Source: Octopus bimaculoides (Eukaryota). Taken from it: 34,720 nucleotides of DNA. Of the stretch, positions 13,215-25,312 are shown piece by piece. A program made the translations under genes and the position numbers. The number at the start of each line of letters is the position of its first letter. The first letter of the stretch is position 1. The notes under the pieces were generated by a model. That model was not told the DNA's origin. It was given only the letters and a program-made list of their open reading frames with translations, and did not search any database. The stretch lies in assembly GCF_001194135.2 (NCBI RefSeq), contig NC_068985.1:116292557-116327276 (forward strand), read 5' to 3'.

Positions 13215-13562
13215 TTATCACCTCTGCTTTCGCTAAGGCGGAGATATTGTATCCAGCCGCGCTTGTTTGTCTGTCCGTGGACAAGATATCTCAAGAACTG
13301 CTGGATGGATTCGGATGAAACTTTCAGGGATATGTGGGCTCGTGACTGGCACGAGCTAATTAGATACTGGGATCGATCCTACACGGGACAAGGATTCTGA
13401 ATTATTTTTCCTATTTTGCTACTTAATCTTTTAGAGCGGCCTGCCTCATTTTTAATATTCTCGTTTGTGAGGGCAGTCGAGTTTATTTCAGATTTTCTCA
13501 TTTTAAAAATCATCTCTGGCTAATCGTTGGCGGAGGTTTGCGCTCCCTGAGTGATCTTGATT
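13215..13562 (+). mobile_element. Helentron-associated non-autonomous element (HINE/DINE-1-like)
   Basis: 5' subterminal acctctgc (13220) with nearby partner ggcggag; gtttgtctgtccgt remnant; ggatggattcggatgaaactttcagg core; 3' subTIR ggcggaggt (13529-13537) followed by short hairpin gcgctc-cct-gagtg; T-rich flanks. Confidence 0.75.
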
Positions 13563-13889
13563 TCATTAAATTTATTTTACCATTAATTAATTGGATCTGT
13601 GTATACATGTTTTCCTTCTAACTAAAGTTAATTTTTGATTTAATGTTGTCTTCGATTTTACACATGATTTTTAAATCTTCTAATTTTAATTTTATATATA
13701 TCACTGTTTCTTAAAAAGAACCCAGTTAATTGAAAGGACCAATGAGTCGAAACCAATTTCAAATGTGTATTTGTAAATGTAAATTGTATATTCATATATT
13801 AACCTTATTTTTTTTTGTTCCATTCTCAATAAAAACTGCCCAACGAATGGGTATGTGAAAGTCTAAGAAGCAGTTTTTACTATATTTTT

Positions 13890-14177
13890 GTGATGTTTTT
13901 GACTAAGCCCTGGAAGTCTAAAGCGAATTGGAGTGTAAACCAGAGAATCGAACTTGCCCGCTTTTATTAAACGGTATGGGGGAAGTATAATCTATAGTAT
14001 TTGTTAGAGGAGAGTTGCGGGATTCATTGTTGGTTATCAGTCTGGGTTTCGATCGAGTTTTATATGGGTGAACGCAGGACGGACGAGAGCGTCTCACTCG
14101 AGGTCCTTCTAGGTTTATAGCGTCGGTTTTAATTTGTCAATCTATAGTGTTAGGGTTAATGTGTCTAGTAGTGGGGT
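13890..14177 (-). mobile_element. Penelope-like retroelement RT fragment (decayed, frameshifted), inverted 5' part
   Basis: Minus-strand frames give LLDTLTL, RYKP, QLSSNK, PPYRLIKAG..LVYTP and ILWF, resembling the PLE FLDVTL/YKP/LSSN/PPY..L..SGY/IIWFNPP succession. Confidence 0.55.
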
Positions 14178-14189
14178 ATGTCCCTTGAA

Positions 14190-14452
14190 GCTGAGTTAGG
14201 GGCTTTAAACATTAAAGAGCTTAGTCAACACTTTTTCCAAATAGCAGACTCTAACTTCCCACATCACCATAAATACCATTCAATCTTCAACAGATCTGCT
14301 CTGGAATTATCCTACACCTCTCCGCCCAATATAGAATCTGTTGTTACCTCATCCAATAAGCGTAAACTTAATTCCTACGAACTAAATATATATACTCATA
14401 ATATAGGTCAATACAGCGAAAGCACTAACTCCGACCATATGCCCCACCCATA
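14190..14452 (+). mobile_element. Penelope-like retroelement fragment (RT C-terminus/linker before GIY-YIG)
   Basis: LNIKELSQHFFQIADSNFPHHHKYHSIFNRSALELSYTSPPNIESVVTSSNKRKLN matches the PLE pattern F..LI.KHFP..HK.HKIFNR..VK.SYS..PN...II..HNK. Confidence 0.75.
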
Positions 14453-14462
14453 ACACTAGCAC

Positions 14463-14800
14463 TGAGACCCCCTGCGGTCATGGCTGACCATGGGTTTGCA
14501 CCTAGAAAGTTACCCTCCCAGGCACGTGTCTGGGCAAGGTTGTTTATGGAAGACCAGCAGTCATCCATGCATACCAGCCTCCCCTCTCCACACCATTGAT
14601 GCTATCCAAGGGAAAGGCAAATGCCGATACAGCTTGGCACTTGTGACGTTGCAACTCATTTCTACAGCTGAGTGAACTGGAGTAACGTGAAATAAAGTGT
14701 CTTGCTCAAGAACACAACACGCAGCCCGGGCTTGGATTCGAACTCACAACCCCACGATCGTAAGTTCGACGCTCTAACCACTGAGCCATGCGCCTTCACA
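14463..14800 (-). mobile_element. Near full-length tRNA-derived SINE (CORE/V-like central segment)
   Basis: Minus strand: A-box TGGCTCAGTGG (14788-14778), B-box GTTCGAATCC (about 14743-14734), then tgtgttcttgagcaagacactt...cagctgtagaaatgag. Direct repeat ACACTAGCA at 14453-14461 and 14806-14814 may be a TSD. Confidence 0.85.
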
Positions 14801-15679
14801 GTTCCACACTAGCAATATAGCCAGCATTAACCAGGGTACGCACTTTCCCGCTTCCGAAGGTGGTCGGAGCACGGCTAAAACGAATGTGAATACTAATAGC
14901 ACTATAACTACTAATAACTCCAATACGAGCAGTGCTACNNNNNNNNNNNNNNNNNNNNNNNNNNNNNNNNNNNNNNNNNNNNNNNNNNNNNNNNNNNNNN
15001 NNNNNNNNNNNNNNNNNNNNNNNNNNNNNNNNNNNNNNNNNNNNNNNNNNNNNNNNNNNNNNNNNNNNNNNNNNNNNNNNNNNNNNNNNNNNNNNNNNNN
15101 NNNNNNNNNNNNNNNNNNNNNNNNNNNNNNNNNNNNNNNNNNNNNNNNNNNNNNNNNNNNNNNNNNNNNNNNNNNNNNNNNNNNNNNNNNNNNNNNNNNN
15201 NNNNNNNNNNNNNNNNNNNNNNNNNNNNNNNNNNNNNNNNNNNNNNNNNNNNNNNNNNNNNNNNNNNNNNNNNNNNNNNNNNNNNNNNNNNNNNNNNNNN
15301 NNNNNNNNNNNNNNNNNNNNNNNNNNNNNNNNNNNNNNNNNNNNNNNNNNNNNNNNNNNNNNNNNNNNNNNNNNNNNNNNNNNNNNNNNNNNNNNNNNNN
15401 NNNNNNNNNNNNNNNNNNNNNNNNNNNNNNNNNNNNNNNNNNNNNNNNNNNNNNNNNNNNNNNNNNNNNNNNNNNNNNNNNNNNNNNNNNNNNNNNNNNN
15501 NNNNNNNNNNNNNNNNNNNNNNNNNNNNNNNNNNNNNNNNNNNNNNNNNNNNNNNNNNNNNNNNNNNNNNNNNNNNNNNNNNNNNNNNNNNNNNNNNNNN
15601 NNNNNNNNNNNNNNNNNNNNNNNNNNNNNNNNNNNNNNNNNNNNNNNNNNNNNNNNNNNNNNNNNNNNNNNNNNNNNNN

Positions 15680-15733
<54 letters not shown>

Positions 15734-17151
15734 TGTGTATGTGCGTGTGTGTGTATTGTGTTGAGTGGCGTTTCAATATGTTTTGAAAAAATGATCAGCT
15801 GTCAGTTGATGGACGTGTGTGCTGTGAAGAATTTCTCTTGTTGCAAAAAGAATTGTTTGTGTGTGTGTGTGTGTTTGTGTAGGAATGCTCCTTTTGTGAT
15901 GTTTTTTTTCGTGTATGTATGCATGTTGGTGTGTGTGATCGTGTGTGTGTGCTGCCATATACGTATATTGAAAAAAGATTTAGGAGACGATGGGAAGTAT
16001 TTTGTAAAAAAAATGATATGTATAAAAGTGTTTAAAATTATTTTTGTTAAGCGTCTGTTGACGTATATATATATATATATATATATATAACTAAATGTAA
16101 ATCGTTGGCGATTTCCTTTCTCCGTCTTTCATTCTATTGGACTTTCCACTGTTTCCGAATAAGAGCGTCTGCTCGAAATGTTAAACCAACTTTCTTTCCT
16201 TCTTTGAGCTTTGGCTAATACATTCCATGTACCGTCCTCGTGTTGGTGTGTTTTTTGTGTTTGCTGTGTTTGGAATTTACTATATATACATATATATGTG
16301 TGTGTATATACATATATATATATATATATNNNNNNNNNNNNNNNNNNNNNNNNNNNNNNNNNNNNNNNNNNNNNNNNNNNNNNNNNNNNNNNNNNNNNNN
16401 NNNNNNNNNNNNNNNNNNNNNNNNNNNNNNNNNNNNNNNNNNNNNNNNNNNNNNNNNNNNNNNNNNNNNNNNNNNNNNNNNNNNNNNNNNNNNNNNNNNN
16501 NNNNNNNNNNNNNNNNNNNNNNNNNNNNNNNNNNNNNNNNNNNNNNNNNNNNNNNNNNNNNNNNNNNNNNNNNNNNNNNNNNNNNNNNNNNNNNNNNNNN
16601 NNNNNNNNNNNNNNNNNNNNNNNNNNNNNNNNNNNNNNNNNNNNNNNNNNNNNNNNNNNNNNNNNNNNNNNNNNNNNNNNNNNNNNNNNNNNNNNNNNNN
16701 NNNNNNNNNNNNNNNNNNNNNNNNNNNNNNNNNNNNNNNNNNNNNNNNNNNNNNNNNNNNNNNNNNNNNNNNNNNNNNNNNNNNNNNNNNNNNNNNNNNN
16801 NNNNNNNNNNNNNNNNNNNNNNNNNNNNNNNNNNNNNNNNNNNNNNNNNNNNNNNNNNNNNNNNNNNNNNNNNNNNNNNNNNNNNNNNNNNNNNNNNNNN
16901 NNNNNNNNNNNNNNNNNNNNNNNNNNNNNNNNNNNNNNNNNNNNNNNNNNNNNNNNNNNNNNNNNNNNNNNNNNNNNNNNNNNNNNNNNNNNNNNNNNNN
17001 NNNNNNNNNNNNNNNNNNNNNNNNNNNNNNNNNNNNNNNNNNNNNNNNNNNNNNNNNNNNNNNNNNNNNNNNNNNNNNNNNNNNNNNNNNNNNNNNNNNN
17101 NNNNNNNNNNNNNNNNNNNNNNNNNNNNNNNNNNNNNNNNNNNNNNNNNNN

Positions 17152-17184
<33 letters not shown>

Positions 17185-18036
17185 TGTGCGCGTGTACGTG
17201 AAAAGGGGAGGTCTTTCTCCAAAACTCCAAAGTTGGGCAACGTTTTCATGCTTAGATTTATAAACTGCGGTAAGAATAACACTGGCCAACAAAGAATTTG
17301 TTCCAAGGAAATAAATACCTGTATCCTATACGTTTTTGCATGCAGAATTCAAAAATAATGTCAAATTATCTGAATCACCCACAGTTTCTCTGTTCCACGA
17401 TATCCCTCTCAGTTCCTGTCACGTGAGCTAAATTTCAGTTAATCTGTTGTAATGTGAAGCTAACGGTTTAAGAAATATTCCTAATTAAAATTTTTATGAA
17501 TAGAATTAACCTAGTGAAATCATAAATCCACCAGAGTCACTGAGTCCCAGAAATATATGAAACGAAAATTATGTAAAAATTTTACCTTATGTACAAGAAA
17601 ATACTAACACGCCGAAGCACAGAAGGTTATGTAATATACTAACACAGAAAAATTAAAACAAAACATGCGGGTGAAAAGAATCGCGTGGTTCGAAGAATCA
17701 AGTGTGAAAAATCTACCTAGACAACAGCGGCACAGACAACTGTGTACCACAACACATCGTGCAGTTGTCATGGTGACAAGCGGCTAATGCCACGCTGTCT
17801 TGTGATTGGCTAAAATTACCTAAATTTATCAACTTTAATTCCAAATAACATCAGATTCTTTAATTTACGAGATAAAGGAATTGGTTGATCGTAATTAAAA
17901 TTCAGAGTTGAATCGATACATCAAAATTCAAAGTAATTTGAGTAGAATTAAGGCGGGGCTCATTTTGCGAATGAGAAAGACTAGATCCATCATATGTGTA
18001 AGTGTGTGTGTGTGTGTCTGTGTGTGTTTGTGTGTT

Positions 18037-18101
<65 letters not shown>

Positions 18102-19600
18102 GTATCTGTGTGTGTCTGTGTCTATGTCTATGTGTGTTTGTGTGTCTGTGTAAATCTAGGAAAATTAAAATGAAAATATGAATTTGCTAAAAGCGGTAGA
18201 TAAACAAGTGAGAAAATACTGAACAGCACTAGTTAACCATTATCGGAACGTTCATTTCTACACTGGGAAGCAATTTTCAACAAAATATACTTTATCACTA
18301 ATTATTGACAAATATGTTTGCTTGTTTCATCATATTTATTAATACGGTTTCCCTAGTTATTTTTCTATTTTATATTATATCGTTGTCGGCTGCGATACTT
18401 GAGGCTTGATTTACTGAAACGTTTTAGAAATACAGGAATAAAAAAAACAATGTCTCAATTGTTCTCTTGTCAACAAAAGTGCAATATCATGTGCCAAAAA
18501 ATGTTTTTAACACTATCACAATTAGATAAATANNNNNNNNNNNNNNNNNNNNNNNNNNNNNNNNNNNNNNNNNNNNNNNNNNNNNNNNNNNNNNNNNNNN
18601 NNNNNNNNNNNNNNNNNNNNNNNNNNNNNNNNNNNNNNNNNNNNNNNNNNNNNNNNNNNNNNNNNNNNNNNNNNNNNNNNNNNNNNNNNNNNNNNNNNNN
18701 NNNNNNNNNNNNNNNNNNNNNNNNNNNNNNNNNNNNNNNNNNNNNNNNNNNNNNNNNNNNNNNNNNNNNNNNNNNNNNNNNNNNNNNNNNNNNNNNNNNN
18801 NNNNNNNNNNNNNNNNNNNNNNNNNNNNNNNNNNNNNNNNNNNNNNNNNNNNNNNNNNNNNNNNNNNNNNNNNNNNNNNNNNNNNNNNNNNNNNNNNNNN
18901 NNNNNNNNNNNNNNNNNNNNNNNNNNNNNNNNNNNNNNNNNNNNNNNNNNNNNNNNNNNNNNNNNNNNNNNNNNNNNNNNNNNNNNNNNNNNNNNNNNNN
19001 NNNNNNNNNNNNNNNNNNNNNNNNNNNNNNNNNNNNNNNNNNNNNNNNNNNNNNNNNNNNNNNNNNNNNNNNNNNNNNNNNNNNNNNNNNNNNNNNNNNN
19101 NNNNNNNNNNNNNNNNNNNNNNNNNNNNNNNNNNNNNNNNNNNNNNNNNNNNNNNNNNNNNNNNNNNNNNNNNNNNNNNNNNNNNNNNNNNNNNNNNNNN
19201 NNNNNNNNNNNNNNNNNNNNNNNNNNNNNNNNNNNNNNNNNNNNNNNNNNNNNNNNNNNNNNNNNNNNNNNNNNNNNNNNNNNNNNNNNNNNNNNNNNNN
19301 NNNNNNNNNNNNNNNNNNNNNNNNNNNNNNNNNNNNNNNNNNNNNNNNNNNNNNNNNNNNNNNNNNNNNNNNNNNNNNNNNNNNNNNNNNNNNNNNNNNN
19401 NNNNNNNNNNNNNNNNNNNNNNNNNNNNNNNNNNNNNNNNNNNNNNNNNNNNNNNNNNNNNNNNNNNATATATATATACTCATACACATACAGAAAGAAA
19501 TCAGTGTGAATGTAAGTAAATGAGATAAATGCTTGAAAAGAAAGATATTTCAATAACATAGTGAGATGTAATAAATAACTCAAAACAAAATGTCACGTGT

Positions 19601-19819
19601 TATTTATTGATTCAAATTCTGGCACAAGGCCCGCATTTCCGAGGTGGGGACATGTCAATTAGGTCGACCCCAGTGTTCTACTGTTACTTATTTTATTGAT
19701 CTTGGAAGGATGAAAGACAATTCGACCACACCAGAATTTGAACTTAGATCATAAAGCCGGATGAAATGCTGCTAACCCTTTCTTCCGGCATGCAAACGAT
19801 TCTGCCACATCCCCGCTTT
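19601..19819 (-). mobile_element. SINE family A, diverged copy
   Basis: ggcacaaggcc, gtcgaccccagt, ggatgaaag and gaatttgaac motifs shared with the 22122 copy. Confidence 0.8.
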
Positions 19820-20501
19820 CAAGTGAAACAAATATTACTTTCGATGACCCAATAATATTAACGAAACATCAGGAGTAGTTTTTGTTTAATATTGATTTTA
19901 TTGTTGTTGTTGCTGCTGTTGTTGTTGTTGTTGGTGGTGGTGGGGGTGATAGGGTAATAAGGTTAATGATTAATCGGGGTCGTGGTGGGAGTATAGCTCT
20001 AGTCAAACAAATCTATTGGTACTTCCTTCTTGACCTAGGCGATCTTGACTTTTTTTCAGATAAAATCGTAATGGGTGTTTCCCTTATAAAAACTTAAGAT
20101 AATCTGATGAAAATTTTGCTGATTACATAGGACAAAAGAGTCCTATTCATCTGCTCAGCATGCCTCAGTTGTGACTTGCAATAGTAAATAAGAACACTTA
20201 TTTCCTTTACAATCACTAAAACTGAGTCCGAGTATTACGTGGCTTTTTTAGCTCATGCACTAAATCGATTCGAACAGTAGAACGCTTGACTAAATCCTGT
20301 GACATTTACCAAGTAATATTAGTGTATAACCAATATGTGACGTTCAGACAGCTGGGAGGCAAATTCGAGATTCGGACTAGAAAACCTTAGAACGTAGAAT
20401 GGTCTAATCAAGTCATTCAGTTTGGTATTTCTAATCTTCGCAACAATTCACCAAAATTGCATGTGTGCATGCATTTATACATATACATACATGTATACAT
20501 T

Positions 20502-20533
<32 letters not shown>

Positions 20534-22121
20534 NNNNNNNNNNNNNNNNNNNNNNNNNNNNNNNNNNNNNNNNNNNNNNNNNNNNNNNNNNNNNNNNNNN
20601 NNNNNNNNNNNNNNNNNNNNNNNNNNNNNNNNNNNNNNNNNNNNNNNNNNNNNNNNNNNNNNNNNNNNNNNNNNNNNNNNNNNNNNNNNNNNNNNNNNNN
20701 NNNNNNNNNNNNNNNNNNNNNNNNNNNNNNNNNNNNNNNNNNNNNNNNNNNNNNNNNNNNNNNNNNNNNNNNNNNNNNNNNNNNNNNNNNNNNNNNNNNN
20801 NNNNNNNNNNNNNNNNNNNNNNNNNNNNNNNNNNNNNNNNNNNNNNNNNNNNNNNNNNNNNNNNNNNNNNNNNNNNNNNNNNNNNNNNNNNNNNNNNNNN
20901 NNNNNNNNNNNNNNNNNNNNNNNNNNNNNNNNNNNNNNNNNNNNNNNNNNNNNNNNNNNNNNNNNNNNNNNNNNNNNNNNNNNNNNNNNNNNNNNNNNNN
21001 NNNNNNNNNNNNNNNNNNNNNNNNNNNNNNNNNNNNNNNNNNNNNNNNNNNNNNNNNNNNNNNNNNNNNNNNNNNNNNNNNNNNNNNNNNNNNNNNNNNN
21101 NNNNNNNNNNNNNNNNNNNNNNNNNNNNNNNNNNNNNNNNNNNNNNNNNNNNNNNNNNNNNNNNNNNNNNNNNNNNNNNNNNNNNNNNNNNNNNNNNNNN
21201 NNNNNNNNNNNNNNNNNNNNNNNNNNNNNNNNNNNNNNNNNNNNNNNNNNNNNNNNNNNNNNNNNNNNNNNNNNNNNNNNNNNNNNNNNNNNNNNNNNNN
21301 NNNNNNNNNNNNNNNNNNNNNNNNNNNNNNNNNNNNNNNNNNNNNNNNNNNNNNNNNNNNNNNNNNNNNNNNNNNNNNNNNNNNNNNNNNNNNNATATAT
21401 ATATATATATATACATATATATTATAAACACAATCCTTTGCTTAGGTGGAGAATTGTGAAAGTTTGCAGACCAAGTGATTTCCCAGGCGTAATTTTGCGA
21501 TATTGATTGAAGCGTTATTTGTGCAATAATTCTCTTGTGTTAAGATCTTACTCAAATCCTAACATATCCAGCGCAGATTATCAGATCTGCATTTATATTG
21601 GTGTGATTACTACTTAACTGTAACGTCGGTGAATTCAATGTGTTACATACTAGTTGTTATATGTTCTTGATATTCCTTCTTCTCCTTGGGTTGCTTGTGT
21701 TAATATAACGATTTTATAATACCCGATCATAAACGAACATATTCACAAATATCCATCTTCGAATGTATGTATGTGATTTTTTTTTTCGATAATTGATTAT
21801 ATTCTGATCATTATTTGACACAAGATGTCTGAAGGTAGGTTTAACTGAGTTGATGCGTCTCACACTTTGCAGCTTCGTATATTTTGTATTATATACATAC
21901 ATATATATATTCGTGTATTTACATATATATATATATATGTGTGTGTGTATGTGTGTGTGGGGGGTGCATGTGTGTGTGTGTGTGTGTGTGTCTGTGTCTG
22001 TGTGGAGAGAGAGAGATACATAGATAGATAGATCTTATGATGTAGAAGTCAAGTGATAGCTATTTAAAAACACGAACATTCTGAAAACGTCACTGAAACA
22101 TTTATTATAATACATAATATA

Positions 22122-22339
22122 TCATTCTTTCTACTATAGGCACAAGGCTCTAAATTTTAGGGGTGAGGGCTAGTCGATTAGACCGACCGCAGTGCGCAAC
22201 TGGTACTTAATTTATCGACCCCGAAATGATGAAAAGCAAAGTTGACCTCGGCGGAATTTGAACTGAGAACGGAAAGACAGACGAAATACTGCTATGCATT
22301 TCGCCCGGCGTGCTGAAGTTTCTGCTAGCTCACCGCTTT
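22122..22339 (-). mobile_element. SINE family A, near full-length
   Basis: Reverse complement has a tRNA-like head (gttctcagttcaaattccgccgag), central ttttcatcatttcggggtcgataaattaagtaccag and 3' ccttgtgcctatagtagaaagaat. Confidence 0.85.
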
Positions 22340-22566
22340 GCTGCCTTATAAATAATTAATTATAAATGTTTAAGTGAAGTGGACAGATTTTGCGTGGTTT
22401 TGAATGTCTAATACGTGTTATTGACTCTGTAACCGTTTTAATTTCAACACACAGTCTCGGATGACGTCAGTTACCACACAAACATGTCTCTGACATCTCT
22501 CTCTCTCTCTCTCTCTTCATACTCACATACACACACACATAAATGTATATAATAACTACTAGACAT

Positions 22567-22665
22567 AAAAACGCTAAGTCCTGCGGTTGATTTCTTCAAC
22601 TAAAAAACCCGTTCAGGCAGTGCTCCAGCATGGCCGCAGTCAAATAACTGAAACGATGAGAGCAA
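22567..22665 (+). mobile_element. SINE-like repeat family C, 3' fragment
   Basis: caggcagtgctccagcatggccgcagtcaaataactgaaac, near-identical to 24404-24445. Confidence 0.6.
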
Positions 22666-22687
22666 AACATATTCTTTATTTTTAGGT

Positions 22688-22824
22688 TAACCAGGCTATA
22701 CCATTAGTTCCAGTGACATGAAACGACTCCATCTTGGAGACGGACACCTAAGTTCCATGTCACAAGGTTTATAACGGTTAAAAGATATCTTTCTTACCAT
22801 GTAACCAATGGTAGAGCCTGGTTA
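22688..22824. mobile_element. Small MITE/foldback element
   Basis: 22-nt inverted termini taaccaggctataccattagtt / aaccaatggtagagcctggtta (2 mismatches). Inner inverted pair gtgacatgaaac / gttccatgtcac and hairpin ctcca-tct-tggag. Confidence 0.65.
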
Positions 22825-22942
22825 GTCAACAAATAATGAATATTTATTCACCAATGCGGTGTGGAACACTTATTCACACTATTTAATATTAATACAGTAA
22901 CGCATCCGTCGTTCCAAACCATTGGATAAGTGCTAAAGGCGA

Positions 22943-23041
<99 letters not shown>

Positions 23042-23606
23042 GGTATCTGTGCACAAACGAACAGCAGTATTTTAACATCAAAACGCTTAATATATAACCG
23101 TACCCCCCACATAAAGTTTAGCAGTAAAGACAATTCTTAAATTCTTGACTATTATCTCAATTAGTCGACATTACCAATATGATGGAATAATCAAATTAAT
23201 TTCAAAACTACAACATAATTCAATACCGAACAGTTGACACTAGTTTTCAGGGTTCTTTAGCAGACAAAGAACAATTGCTTGAACGGAGGTCTGGATCTGA
23301 ATGAAATAAACATGAGTATAGAAGTTGATTTTTAACAAAAAATTGTCTCTGAAAATATATGTGGGTGGTCACTAATGACATTGTATATGTACAATAATGA
23401 GAGATCGGTGAATCTCACTTTTTACTGATTTATGGTCCCCAAAGGGTCAATCACCAATGAAATCGATTTTACAAGCCTAAATCTTTGGCTAGTTTCATGT
23501 TTTAAGTTTTTGCTTTAATTTTCAGAACCTGTGAAAATATAGAATGCATCTAAACTCATATCTCTAAGCTAAGTGGATGAAATCCTTGAGAAACTATTTT
23601 AAATAG

Positions 23607-23648
23607 AATCTACATTAGGAGGAGAAGCGCCAAAATCGTCGCTAGCAG
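23607..23648 (+). CDS. Candidate symmetric phase-1 exon, 42 nt ((E)STLGGEAPKSSLA)
   Basis: Acceptor tattttaaatag, strong donor CAG|gtaagc, open in phase 1. Confidence 0.4.
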
Positions 23649-24269
23649 GTAAGCTTTGAGATATCTGATCAATAAGCAATGGATTTTTCAGGGAAGAGAA
23701 AACCCCAGTTCTTTATTCGAAAGTTTGAAATTGCAAGTCATGTATAAAGAGCAATATATATTCTAGCAGAAAATCATAGAGAGAACATGTATGAAATACC
23801 TCCGTATGTAAGCAGATATCGTTACAGAAAATTATAGAAACAAGCATATATAAGAAAAAGAACCACTGTCTTGAAAGTTCTGTAAGAAACATCGTGAAAA
23901 GAGTCAGTCTCTACCAGATGATATGTATAGGGGTTTAGTTCACAGGTGATCTAAACGATTCGGTACGCTAGGTAAGTGTTGTAATGAATTACTAGAGCTC
24001 CAAGTTTATACCCACCCGAGACGGTAGTTATGGAGCCATTGCAGATTTCCTATGCAACGGATATATAATAGTTAAAGAGGACAACAAACGTTACGACAAG
24101 GCAAACATCTCAAGTCGTATACAATAGTTTTATCATTGGAAAATGTTTTTACCAAGAATAAAATTGTATACGATGTTTGCCTCGCCTCGCCTGAACGTTT
24201 GTTGTCCTCTTTAACTATATATACACAAGACACATACACATATATCTATATCTATTGGGGTGGGTTTGT

Positions 24270-24457
24270 ATCTCTGTCTGTCCACCAACCGCCGCTTGGA
24301 AACCAGTGTTTGTGTGTTTGCATCCCGTAGCTTAACGGTTCTGCAAGAGTCACCAATAGAATAAGTACTGGGTCGATTCATTCGACTAACAGAAAATTCT
24401 CGAAGGCGGTGGCCCAGCATGGCCGCAGTCTAATGACAGAACCAATTAACAGAAAAT
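24270..24457 (+). mobile_element. SINE-like repeat family C, 3' part
   Basis: Shares aggcggtg.cccagcatggccgcagtc.aatgac.gaa with 22567-22665. Confidence 0.65.
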
Positions 24458-24490
24458 AATTAAAGATACGTATATTTGCGCGCGCGCGCG

Positions 24491-24559
<69 letters not shown>

Positions 24560-24623
24560 TACAAATACTTAATGTAGAAGAGTTGCATGAATCTTCCATT
24601 TTCCTTTGTCGCCATGAACGGAG

Positions 24624-24794
24624 TTTTTTTTTTTATCAAGCGCCGTCCTCTCTGACCTTGTAGAGTGCCATGTATCCGAAAGGATGAAAGGCAAAGTCGA
24701 CCTCGGCGGAATTTGAACTCAGAACGGAGCGGTAGACGAAATACTGCAAAGCATTTCGCCCGGCGTGCTAACATTTCTGCCAGCTGACCGCCTT
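24624..24794 (-). mobile_element. SINE family A 5' half joined to a different 41-nt tail and poly(A)
   Basis: 24676-24794 closely matches the 22122 copy. 24635-24675 is unrelated sequence and ends in T11 (A11 on the element strand). Confidence 0.8.
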
Positions 24795-25134
24795 GCAATG
24801 AAATATATTGGTGCTAGATTTGTTCGATTAATGGATTTTCATGTGTTTGGTTGGAAGTGTAACAGTAATGAAAATGGCTTGTAGCTTACGAAACACTGAT
24901 CAGAGTAACTTCGCTTAAGTCAATCAGTGAAGGCAAATGTTAATGAAGACGGAAATAGCAGTAGTAACAACAACATCAGCAAAAAAAAAAGACAAAACAG
25001 CAATAGATAATAAGAAGAAGCTGTAACATAGAATAACTAACAAGCTTAAGTTTTATAACGTTATGAATGTCAACGTTATATATGGAAGCAATGATGTGGG
25101 GAGAGAAAAACAAGACAGAGAAATCATGATTAGA

Positions 25135-25277
25135 ACGATGATGATGATGACGATGATGATGATGGTGATGATGTTGCAGATGATGATGTTGATGGTGTGG
25201 ATAATAAAGATGGTGTTCATGACGACGATGATTATGATGATGATGATGATGATGATAACGAGGAGGAAGAAGGAGAA

Positions 25278-25312
<35 letters not shown>

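Noticed and set aside
13715-13755. Second hammerhead-like gac...gtc-gaaac motif
   Set aside because: No recognisable CUGANGA core and only a 3-bp stem.
14730-14800. tRNA-like A/B boxes (also 30850-30942)
   Set aside because: They continue directly into SINE bodies and lack a convincing cloverleaf, so they are SINE heads and not tRNA genes.
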